Below, piece by piece: positions 50,800 through 61,425 of a DNA stretch of 61,425 bases (the stretch's first letter is position 1; every line of letters starts with the position of its first letter). A program made the translations under genes and the position numbers. Under the pieces are notes generated by a model. It did not search any database and was not told the DNA's origin. It saw only the letters and a list, made by a program, of their open reading frames with translations. The DNA is from Octopus bimaculoides (taxonomy: Eukaryota): the NCBI RefSeq assembly GCF_001194135.2, contig NC_069009.1, positions 10,240,530-10,301,954 on the forward strand, given 5' to 3'.

Positions 50800-51960
50800 T
50801 AACAACTTAATGGAAAAATGGTTCCCAGGAACATGATATCACTTTTCCGTAAAACTAAGAAAAGAAAACTGATTGAGCACTGACAAAATGTTATGAAACG
50901 AAACCAGCGGCAACAAGTTTCAACAAGAATTGATCTCGCCCACGATTTAAAAGCATGAGAGGCGTTCTGTCAAAACAAACTAAAACTCGTTTGTGCGAAC
51001 AGGTCTCAATATTCTGCATATACCAACCTCATTATCCGATGTGAATGATTTCAGATATTTGTTAAATATCGAGACTAAGTGTTGAAAACTATCTACATCC
51101 TACACCAACTTGGCTACATCAGCAAGCTCGATGACTGGGCCCTACATTAATTGAATTCAGCCAGTTAACCTCGCTCATGATGGATTTCCATCTACGATTC
51201 ATTACGGAAACGTGAAGAAAATTATACTTGTTTGAAGAGATGCCAAAGAAGGGATCATGTATAACAATGTAAGGTAAAAACGATCACGAGGAGTCGTGGC
51301 AAACCACCACAAAAACCTCCAAAGCGTGATTCACACAAAGAAGATTATGTTTTTAATTTAGTAGCACTGAAAAACGGTGATGTCTTTTATGTGCTTCTTC
51401 CCACAGACAGGATAATTAAATTAGATGTGTGTGTTGTGACTAGCTCGACAAATGCAGCGCAGCGCGTCACCAGAAGTGTCCAGTACTTGCNNNNNNNNNN
51501 NNNNNNNNNNNNNNNNNNNNNNNNNNNNNNNNNNNNNNNNNNNNNNNNNNNNNNNNNNNNNNNNNNNNNNNNNNNNNNNNNNNNNNNNNNNNNNNNNNNN
51601 NNNNNNNNNNNNNNNNNNNNNNNNNGATGTGGCACGAGTTACTGGGACTTGACCAGGAAGTTTCGCCGAAACTCCCATATTCATCCTGCCTTGCGTAGTC
51701 AGATTTCCACTTGTTTCGGACTCTTCAAATGAATGGACAGTCCTTCAGCACCGTAGAGCATGTAAGAATTCACCTGGAAGAGCTTCTGGCTAGTAAAGAG
51801 AGGAAATTCTTCGAGCAGAGAATAATGGTTCTGCCCACAAGATAAAAGAATATGCTGGAAAGTAACTAATTATATCATAGATTGAATAAATCATTTCGTG
51901 TTTGAAACATGTGACTTATTTTCATAAAAAAACCCAATAGACATTTTAGCCAATATAATG
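50800..51960 (+). mobile_element. Degenerate mariner interrupted by a gap, with 3' TIR
   Basis: LGYISKLDDW, HTKKIM and SDFHLFR remnants; TIR-like aaaaaacccaatagacattttagccaatataat at about 51926-51959. Confidence 0.75.
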
Positions 51961-52061
51961 TGTACAGAGTTTATATATAGTAAATCATATACGCATAGTA
52001 CCTGTTTTCTACGTTATACCCAGTATGTAGATGCATGAACGTATATCATTTGTATGTGAGT

Positions 52062-52121
<60 letters not shown>

Positions 52122-52304
52122 TCGGATTAATGTGTGTTGGAGTGTTGAGTAGAGCACTGGCACAGTTGGAGCTGCTTGGTGTCATCCGGAGACGAAGTAT
52201 ATTTCCATTGGATCTACTTCACGAACTCTGCAGTGTTAGTTGAGATAATAATAATAATAGATTTTTAAATAAGGAGAAGATGGATTTGGTGTTAATCTTT
52301 ATTT

Positions 52305-52410
52305 TGTACACCGGTCATTTCGACCCATCCTGTTACTGTCCCTTATGGGTGGGACTCCGTTCAACATGTTGTGTTGCATTAATTTTGAAGTCTGGGTTTC
52401 ATCAGGTACA
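52305..52410 (-). ncRNA. Degenerate hammerhead-like motif with long loop II
   Basis: UGUAC-CUGAUGA-AACCCA-(about 65 nt)-UGGGUC-GAAA-UGACCGGU-GUACA. Stem I is perfect; stem III and the cleavage triplet are disrupted. Confidence 0.45.
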
Positions 52411-52968
52411 GCCATACTTAAAGGTCTGACTCGCTAAAGATCCTGAGTTTGGGCTGTCATGTTGTTATATGTCCGTCTGGTTCGGGAAGGAAACATCGAT
52501 GCAATTTTCAATTAGTATTCTCTCTCTTCAATAAGAGTTGCAACCTCTTGTAATTATTGTCAAATTGATAATAGAAAACAAAAGAAGAAAATTGTAGTGC
52601 AAGGAAGTGAATGACGGAACTGAGTAGATTGAGTTAGAAACAAATGGTACTAGAAGGAAGAAAGGGTGATATAAATATACAGACTATAATGTCCAGGGGG
52701 CGAAATGTGGTTTAACTAAGTTGCTTAGATCAGAATGTGTATAAACACACACGCACGCACACTCTCATTCCTACATACACTCACACAAGTGACGTTCTCC
52801 TACCTGCGAATACGGTCAATCTTGGTCGTAGTTCGTATATGGTTGGAAGTCAACTTCATGAAGAGTGTGTCATCATGGCCGCCACGAGACTAGGGCAGCT
52901 CGCGGACAGTCTGAATCGCTCCACCCTTGTATCACCGAGGGTGGATCACACCCACCCACGCCCAAATG

Positions 52969-53004
<36 letters not shown>

Positions 53005-54639
53005 NNNNNNNNNNNNNNNNNNNNNNNNNNNNNNNNNNNNNNNNNNNNNNNNNNNNNNNNNNNNNNNNNNNNNNNNNNNNNNNNNNNNNNNNNNNNNNNN
53101 NNNNNNNNNNNNNNNNNNNNNNNNNNNNNNNNNNNNNNNNNNNNNNNNNNNNNNNNNNNNNNNNNNNNNNNNNNNNNNNNNNNNNNNNNNNNNNNNNNNN
53201 NNNNNNNNNNNNNNNNNNNNNNNNNNNNNNNNNNNNNNNNNNNNNNNNNNNNNNNNNNNNNNNNNNNNNNNNNNNNNNNNNNNNNNNNNNNNNNNNNNNN
53301 NNNNNNNNNNNNNNNNNNNNNNNNNNNNNNNNNNNNNNNNNNNNNNNNNNNNNNNNNNNNNNNNNNNNNNNNNNNNNNNNNNNNNNNNNNNNNNNNNNNN
53401 NNNNNNNNNNNNNNNNNNNNNNNNNNNNNNNNNNNNNNNNNNNNNNNNNNNNNNNNNNNNNNNNNNNNNNNNNNNNNNNNNNNNNNNNNNNNNNNNNNNN
53501 NNNNNNNNNNNNNNNNNNNNNNNNNNNNNNNNNNNNNNNNNNNNNNNNNNNNNNNNNNNNNNNNNNNNNNNNNNNNNNNNNNNNNNNNNNNNNNNNNNNN
53601 NNNNNNNNNNNNNNNNNNNNNNNNNNNNNNNNNNNNNNNNNNNNNNNNNNNNNNNNNNNNNNNNNNNNNNNNNNNNNNNNNNNNNNNNNNNNNNNNNNNN
53701 NNNNNNNNNNNNNNNNNNNNNNNNNNNNNNNNNNNNNNNNNNNNNNNNNNNNNNNNNNNNNNNNNNNNNNNNNNNNNNNNNNNNNNNNNNNNNNNNNNNN
53801 NNNNNNNNNNNNNNNNNNNNNNNNNNNNNNNNNNNNNNNNNNNNNNNNNNNNNNNNNNNNNNNNNNNNNNNNNNNNNNNNNNNNNNNNNNNNNNNNNNNN
53901 NNNNNNNNNNNNNNNNNNNNNNNNNNNNNNNNNNNNNNNNNNNNNNNNNNNNNNNNNNNNNNNNNNNNNNNNNTATAAACGTATATATAGATATATAAAC
54001 GCATATATAAACATATACGAAACAATCCAAAATTGCTTATACTCATGTCCATCATTTCCTTGATTGTCATCATCAACAGAGTAATTAAATTCATCATCCG
54101 TTTTATCATCATTATCGTCATCATTTTCTCTGCAGCGGTTATTTTTGTGTTGTTATATTCAGGAACATTTTCACAAACAATATATAAATCATCATTGTCA
54201 TCATCATCTAACATCCATGTTCCTTGCAGGCATGGGCTGGACAGGATCCAAGGACGGCACTGCGCCCCAATGTCTGTTTTGGTCTACTATTTCTTGTTAG
54301 ATTCTCTTCCTAACATCAACCATTTTACACCATGGCCTCGGTGCTCTTCATCATAATACCTGACTATTGAGGCTGCCCTGCAGGTCGCAGAACTTCAGAT
54401 CCTGATGTGTGGGGTCAGCTGCATGCCAGTGGACACGGAAATGATCTATGAGGAGGAGGTAGGGTAGTGCAGGTTTTTGTAGATCCTCTTTCGTAATGAA
54501 TGACCAGTGGATTGCACCTAAAAAGGTCCACACCAAGGTACATATCCGGGCAAATTGTTTATGGATGACCGGCAGTCACCCATGCATACCAGCATACCCG
54601 TTCCATGCCACCAATGTTATCCAAGGGCAAGACAAAAAC

Positions 54640-54802
54640 TGATACAGCTTCGCACCAGTGATGTCACAACTCATTTCCACAGCTGAGTGAACTGGAGTAA
54701 CGTGAAGTAAAGTGTCTTGCTCAAGAACTTCAACTCTGCCCGTTCCATGAATCGAACTCACTATCTCGTGATTGTGAGCCTGACGATCTCACCACTGAGC
54801 CA
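54640..54802 (-). mobile_element. tRNA-derived SINE
   Basis: Minus strand tggctcagtgg (A box) ... gagttcgattc (B box) ... cttgagcaagacact. Confidence 0.8.
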
Positions 54803-56109
54803 TGTACCTTCACACAGCGGAAGGAGAAAGAAAGAGAACATGNNNNNNNNNNNNNNNNNNNNNNNNNNNNNNNNNNNNNNNNNNNNNNNNNNNNNNNNNN
54901 NNNNNNNNNNNNNNNNNNNNNNNNNNNNNNNNNNNNNNNNNNNNNNNNNNNNNNNNNNNNNNNNNNNNNNNNNNNNNNNNNNNNNNNNNNNNNNNNNNNN
55001 NNNNNNNNNNNNNNNNNNNNNNNNNNNNNNNNNNNNNNNNNNNNNNNNNNNNNNNNNNNNNNNNNNNNNNNNNNNNNNNNNNNNNNNNNNNNNNNNNNNN
55101 NNNNNNNNNNNNNNNNNNNNNNNNNNNNNNNNNNNNNNNNNNNNNNNNNNNNNNNNNNNNNNNNNNNNNNNNNNNNNNNNNNNNNNNNNNNNNNNNNNNN
55201 NNNNNNNNNNNNNNNNNNNNNNNNNNNNNNNNNNNNNNNNNNNNNNNNNNNNNNNNNNNNNNNNNNNNNNNNNNNNNNNNNNNNNNNNNNNNNNNNNNNN
55301 NNNNNNNNNNNNNNNNNNNNNNNNNNNNNNNNNNNNNNNNNNNNNNNNNNNNNNNNNNNNNNNNNNNNNNNNNNNNNNNNNNNNNNNNNNNNNNNNNNNN
55401 NNNNNNNNNNNNNNNNNNNNNNNNNNNNNNNNNNNNNNNNNNNNNNNNNNNNNNNNNNNNNNNNNNNNNNNNNNNNNNNNNNNNNNNNNNNNNNNNNNNN
55501 NNNNNNNNNNNNNNNNNNNNNNNNNNNNNNNNNNNNNNNNNNNNNNNNNNNNNNNNNNNNNNNNNNNNNNNNNNNNNNNNNNNNNNNNNNNNNNNNNNNN
55601 NNNNNNNNNNNNNNNNNNNNNNNNNNNNNNNNNNNNNNNNNNNNNNNNNNNNNNNNNNNNNNNNNNNNNNNNNNNNNNNNNNNNNNNNNNNNNNNNNNNN
55701 NNNNNNNNNNNNNNNNNNNNNNNNNNNNNNNNNAATGTATGTGTGTGTGTGTGTATGTGTGTGCGTGTGTGAATAGAAAGAGTGAGAGGAAAGCATGGGA
55801 GGTGGAGTAATGCAGTAACAAGCTCTACAGTACATCCTTCCATCGAAGGTTTTGGCAGTTTGCTCTTTACCTTGGATTTCTGTCATTCACTGGATTGTGG
55901 CCATGCTGGGGCACCGCCTTAAATACTTTCCATCGGGTTAACTGGACCTGTTTATTTGTTTATTTGTAATCTGTTCTTATACTTCCGTCCTGTATCGCTG
56001 AACGTTGCTTTATAGAGACGTAAACAAAGCAACACCGTGTCAGGATGCCATCGCAGGATAACGACACATATGAACATGAACATGAACACACACACACAGA
56101 CACACATGG

Positions 56110-56718
56110 AGACCTCATAATCTCCGAAATAAATGCAACGAGATGGGTTAAAGCCCGGGGTCGTTGACTTCAGGTCGCATAATTTGGATGTGGTAGTTGT
56201 TACAGAAACCTGGCTGAGTGGACAGAGAAGCATTTCTCCCCTCCTAAACTGCTACGAGAAATTTATTTCTCCTGGCCAGCCTGGAGGTGAGGAGAGGCAG
56301 TCGCAGTTCTGCTCAAGAAAAACCTGGGTTTAGAGACAAGAGTAATCTTTATTGATCCGGGGTCGGGTAGCCTGGTCTTCCTTGACCAAACCCACATCAG
56401 CGATAAGACTTCAGGCTGTTTGTGAATTCTATGGGCCGGACAGTTAGATAATTTTTGAGGCTAGAGAATTTTCTTGGCACGTCACACTCTTCAGTGTTAT
56501 CAGGGGACATTAACACAATCTGCGATGCATTTGTGGATTGTGTTGGCTCGAATACGGATAGGTATGAAAACACGTGCCTCCTCGAACTGCTTAAGCGTTT
56601 TCTGCTGGCAAATCTGTATAGACTAGGAAACAGAGACGCTCCTCTGTGGACATGGATTAATAGCGACGAGTCATCTAGATCTTATATAAACAGGCTATTT
56701 GTTAGATGTATAGATTAA
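56110..56718 (+). mobile_element. Tx1/L1-clade APE endonuclease fragment
   Basis: DVVVVTETW, VLSGDIN and WTWINSDESSRSYINRLFV. Confidence 0.75.
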
Positions 56719-56818
56719 NNNNNNNNNNNNNNNNNNNNNNNNNNNNNNNNNNNNNNNNNNNNNNNNNNNNNNNNNNNNNNNNNNNNNNNNNNNNNNNNNN
56801 NNNNNNNNNNNNNNNNNN

Positions 56819-56858
<40 letters not shown>

Positions 56859-57910
56859 AACACATACATAAACAAAACCGTAGCAGTCTATGAGTGGTTT
56901 GTAAACCTAGCAGAGATAACAGTCAAATCGCTTTCCTGTTCCATTGTATTCGAACGGACACACAGAATAGACGTAACCCACAACATCCCACCGCGCCTTT
57001 TTTTTTTCTAANNNNNNNNNNNNNNNNNNNNNNNNNNNNNNNNNNNNNNNNNNNNNNNNNNNNNNNNNNNNNNNNNNNNNNNNNNNNNNNNNNNNNNNNN
57101 NNNNNNNNNNNNNNNNNNNNNNNNNNNNNNNNNNNNNNNNNNNNNNNNNNNNNNNNNNNNNNNNNNNNNNNNNNNNNNNNNNNNNNNNNNNNNNNNNNNN
57201 NNNNNNNNNNNNNNNNNNNNNNNNNNNNNNNNNNNNNNNNNNNNNNNNNNNNNNNNNNNNNNNNNNNNNNNNNNNNNNNNNNNNNNNNNNNNNNNNNNNN
57301 NNNNNNNNNNNNNNNNNNNNNNNNNNNNNNNNNNNNNNNNNNNNNNNNNNNNNNNNNNNNNNNNNNNNNNNNNNNNNNNNNNNNNNNNNNNNNNNNNNNN
57401 NNNNNNNNNNNNNNNNNNNNNNNNNNNNNNNNNNNNNNNNNNNNNNNNNNNNNNNNNNNNNNNNNNNNNNNNNNNNNNNNNNNNNNNNNNNNNNNNNNNN
57501 NNNNNNNNNNNNNNNNNNNNNNNNNNNNNNNNNNNNNNNNNNNNNNNNNNNNNNNNNNNNNNNNNNNNNNNNNNNNNNNNNNNNNNNNNNNNNNNNNNNN
57601 NNNNNNNNNNNNNNNNNNNNNNNNNNNNNNNNNNNNNNNNNNNNNNNNNNNNNNNNNNNNNNNNNNNNNNNNNNNNNNNNNNNNNNNNNNNNNNNNNNNN
57701 NNNNNNNNNNNNNNNNNNNNNNNNNNNNNNNNNNNNNNNNNNNNNNNNNNNNNNNNNNNNNNNNNNNNNNNNNNNNNNNNNNNNNNNNNNNNNNNNNNNN
57801 NNNNNNNNNNNNNNNNNNNNNNNTCCTGTACTTCTCATCAGCCAAAAGGGACTTGTTGAGTTTTTAGTAGCCGGGATCTTGCCTATGTAACCTATAGAGG
57901 TCAAACTTAC

Positions 57911-58467
57911 GTGATGACATTTTAGGACAGCCGCTAATTACATGCGTGATGTCCGCCACAGAAATATTACATAGACTACACATGCTGTCGCACCTTGGGA
58001 TTACGAGAGAGTCACTGTCTCTCTTGTTCACCAGGTACTTTGTGGCAATATCCTGTTCCTGGATTACAAGAGAATAGCCTTCAGACTGTGATGTGATGTA
58101 GCGGTCTTGTATCCAAGAGCGGTTGCGCTTCGTGTCAATTATACTGTCTTCCTCAAGCTTCCATGCAACATAACTATGCATTTTTTTCTTTGTATGCTTT
58201 TTTTCCTAGAGTGAAATCCATCCAGGTCTAGGAAGACATGAGGTAAGTGATTCCAGTTGTATAGGAGATCATCAGAAAGAGCGTGCTTCTGGAGGAGGTC
58301 ATTTCCAACTCGAACAATGTTGCTCACTTCACTTTTCAGCACTACAATTATATATTTATTTTTGCTACTGTTGTTTAGCAGGTGCTACCTGAGTGATACC
58401 ATATGGCATTCGAAGGTCATCTGCACTGATCTCAGGCCTCTACCACTTTCATTTCTTCTTATGTAGA
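57911..58467 (-). mobile_element. R4/Dong-like (RLE) non-LTR fragment, copy 1
   Basis: SEGYSLVIQEQDIATKY...CSLCNISVADITHVISGCPKMSSR (CCHC knuckle). Confidence 0.75.
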
Positions 58468-58568
58468 NNNNNNNNNNNNNNNNNNNNNNNNNNNNNNNNN
58501 NNNNNNNNNNNNNNNNNNNNNNNNNNNNNNNNNNNNNNNNNNNNNNNNNNNNNNNNNNNNNNNNNNNC

Positions 58569-59715
58569 AGGCGATTTGTTAGATGTATAGATAAAGATGT
58601 ATTTGGGTGTGCACAATTTCACTACATCAGCTACAGTGATCAAATGCCTATGGCCTGTAAGTTTGATCTCTATAGGTTACATAGCTAAGGTTCCGGCTAC
58701 TAAAAACTCAACAAGTCCCTTTTGGCTGATGAGGAGTACAGGTGCCGGATCAGGTTGTTAGTAATGAGGGCATTGACCGGTTCCATAATCAATAATAAAT
58801 AGTGGTATGCCTTTAAAAGAGCCATAAAGATTGAGACTATTAGATATTGTAAAGAGTTAGATGCTACGAAAAGTAAGATAGAAAGTGATTTAGAAGAGGT
58901 ACTGAGGTCTGGCTTTACATCCCAAGTTTTAGTGGTGAGGTTGGCTCTCAACCAACACCTCCAAGCAAAACACGAGGAGAGCATAGTCAAGGCAAAGCAG
59001 GTTGCAAGGGATCAAGTCCGCAATGATGCCAGAATAAGGTATTTGACAGACCAACAGGAGAACTTTGGTAAACGATCCCCAGGAGATGTATTAGGTCTTC
59101 CAGCAGTACTTCGCTCAGGTTTTCGGGAAGAGCGGTGGCGCGGAGGGCAGGAGGTGACCTCACGGATCTCCTCGCTGGTTTGCGGCGTCTCTCGGAGTGG
59201 GAAGCAGAAAGCTGTGAAACGCTGATCACAGCTGCGGAGGTGGAGGAGGCTTTGTCGGACTGCGGCGGTGACAAGACACCGGGTCTTGATGGTCTTTCTT
59301 ATGAGTTATATTATAGTATGACGGACTTGTTTAGGCACCTACTGGTGGTCGAGGTTCCACCTCATCATTTTATTGAGGGTTGGGAGAAGCAGAGTGTTAC
59401 GATACACTGTGAGACACCCTTGTCAACTTGGTGATAGTCAACTTGCTAGTTCCAAAAACATTCGGGCCAGGGTCCTTCGATAATTTCTGAAAAGTCCTTG
59501 ACCCGGCAGTGTTACAGAGGCGCCTTACCAGACACACTCGCAAGGCGTCAATGTTAGTCCACGCCTACTTTCCCCAAGATGCAAGCAGGACACAGAAATT
59601 TTGCACGCCAAAAATTTCGGTTTATGTCGAACTGCTCTTGTCCCGTCTAGGAACAGTACAGCTGTCGCCCGACTCAATCATAAAGATTGTTCCGCAGAAT
59701 CGGGAGGTCGTACCG
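58569..59715 (+). mobile_element. Tx1/L1-clade LINE, internally deleted (RT N-terminus fused to 3' zinc region)
   Basis: ITAAEVEEALSDCGGDKTPGLDGLSYELY, then YVELLLSRLGTVQLSPDSIIKIVP. Confidence 0.75.
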
Positions 59716-60700
59716 TGATGACATTTTAGGACAGCCCCATACCACATGCGTGATGTCCACAGAAATATTACATAGACTACACATGCTGTATTACAGGAGT
59801 GTCACTGTCTCTCTTGTTCACCAGGTACTTTGTGGCAATATCCTGTTCCTGGATTACAAGAGAATATCCTTCAGACTGTGATGTGATGTAGCGGTCTTGT
59901 ATCCAAGAGCGGTTGCGCTTCGTGTCAATTATACTGTCTTCCTCAAGCTTCCAAGCCACATAACCATGCATAGTCATTTTTTTCTTTTTATGCCTTTTTT
60001 TCCTAGAGTGCATTCTATCCAGGTCTTCTCTGAGGTAAGAGGTCCTAGTTGTATAAGAGATCATCAGGAAGAGAGTGCTTCTTGAGGAGGTCATTTCCAA
60101 CTCGAACAATGTTGCTCACTTCACTTTTCAGCACTGCATTTATATTTTCATTTTTGCTACTGCTGTTTAGCAGGGGCTACATCAGTGATACCATATGGCA
60201 TTCGAAGGCCATCTGCACTGATCTCAGGCCTCTACCACTTTCATTTCTTCTTATGTAGAGCCTTTCAATGTCACTGTTTCTGTGGAAGTTCCCAGTTGTC
60301 AGGATTTTGCAGGTTTTGATATCTATGGAGTGGATTTCCTCTACAGACCAATAAAGTATCCCAAATGTTGGGATCAGCACTGCTACTGTAAATGCATTGT
60401 GAGATATTGTTTTGTTGTCAGAGGAGAGTTCCCACTGCCATATTTTCCTAAATCTGGTGTAATATTGTCGGGTCACTCTATCATTATTCACAGGGCATTC
60501 ATATGATACACTTTCGTCTATGCCTAGGTACTTGTAACATTCGTTGTGTGGAACGGGACGGGGATAGAGAGACCGTTGATGCACAGGATTTGGGTTTGGG
60601 GGACTGGCTTTCCTCGTTCTATAACTAAATATGAACGTTTCTTTTGACCAAATACCATGCCTATATCAGATGAAAATGTTGTTATTAATTTCAGCTTTCT
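59716..60700 (-). mobile_element. R4/Dong-like non-LTR fragment, copy 2
   Basis: YKYLGIDE...IERLYIRRNESGRGL...QEQDIATKY. Confidence 0.8.
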
Positions 60701-61142
60701 ATTTTTTCTTCTGTTTGCATTTTTAACAATTTTAGCCTAAATCGTGAATTCGTCTAGAAAGAAATTCTTAGTTAGATTGATATTTCTAGCAGTTGAAGAT
60801 CGTAGCATGTAAACATTTGTTTTCTGCGATATGTATGCATGTATGTATGTGTGTATGTATGTATGTATGTATGTATGTATGTATGTGCGTTTGCATTCCA
60901 TTACATTTCTCTGACGTTTGTATTCTATGTAAGTTAGATCGATCAATATAAATATCTTTATTATATTTATACTTAAAAATTCTTCAACTAAAATCTACCC
61001 CTTTTCCTTTCTCTCGTTTTACATGTGTACATATAAAAATATTTTGTATTTCACACCTAAGCTATTATATTTCATATATGTGCGCATTTATGTCTGTATG
61101 TATATATGTTTGTGTGCGTGTATGTGTGAGCGTGTGTGCATG

Positions 61143-61374
61143 TTATTTCTTTACTACCCACAAGGGGCTACACACACAGGGGACCAACAAGGACAGACAA
61201 ACGGATTAAGTCGATTATATCGATCCCAGTGCGTAACTGGTACTTATTTAATCGACCCCCGAAAGGATGAAAGGCAAGTGGACCTCGGCGGAATTTGAAC
61301 TCTGAACGTAGCGGCAGACGAAATACCACTAAGCATTTCGCCCGGCGTGCTAACGTTTCTGCCAACTCGCCGCC
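61143..61374 (-). mobile_element. tRNA-derived SINE, best-preserved copy in the window
   Basis: ggcggcgagttggcagaaacgttagcacgccgggcgaaatgcttag...gagttcaaattccgccgagg...cctttcatcctttcggg. Confidence 0.85.
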
Positions 61375-61425
61375 TTGTGTGTGTGTTTGTGTATGTGTGT
61401 GTGTGAACATGTGTGTGCATGTGTG

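Noticed and set aside
52865-57904. Long X-rich ORFs (300-420 aa) here and at other gaps
   Set aside because: They are open only because they run through N gaps and microsatellites.

Overview
AT-rich, microsatellite- and gap-rich animal genomic DNA. The SINE/LINE families and (TA)n/(CA)n/(GA)n/(CAT)n load suggest an octopus-like cephalopod (inference). The one supportable host gene is on the minus strand, reconstructed by hand from GT-AG sites with consistent phases: exon A 34783-31917 (27 near-identical 102-bp/34-aa ankyrin units), B 29681-29645 (37 nt), C 20708-20499, D 18723-18548, E 13918-13779 (RING-HC) and F 8081-3238 (a 4.84-kb terminal exon with about six diverged beta-propeller-like modules and an in-frame Ser25 microsatellite). 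Exons B-E resemble the last ankyrins and first RING of Mind bomb (MIB) ligases. The model is therefore a chimeric ANK(~30)-RING-propeller(x6) protein of about 2,740 aa plus an N-terminus not found in the window. The ankyrin array has one in-frame TGA (33749-33751) and varies mainly at ligand-binding positions. The rest is decayed mobile DNA: RTE, CR1/L2-like, Tx1-like, R4/Dong-like, Penelope-like, mariner, hATm-like and tRNA-derived SINEs. Also seen: two hammerhead-ribozyme-like motifs (one in a tRNA-head SINE-like composite), a degenerate tRNA-Thr(CGT)-like sequence, and several local duplications, some of which are assembly artefacts. TE boundaries are approximate and all family calls are from motif recognition, not database searches.
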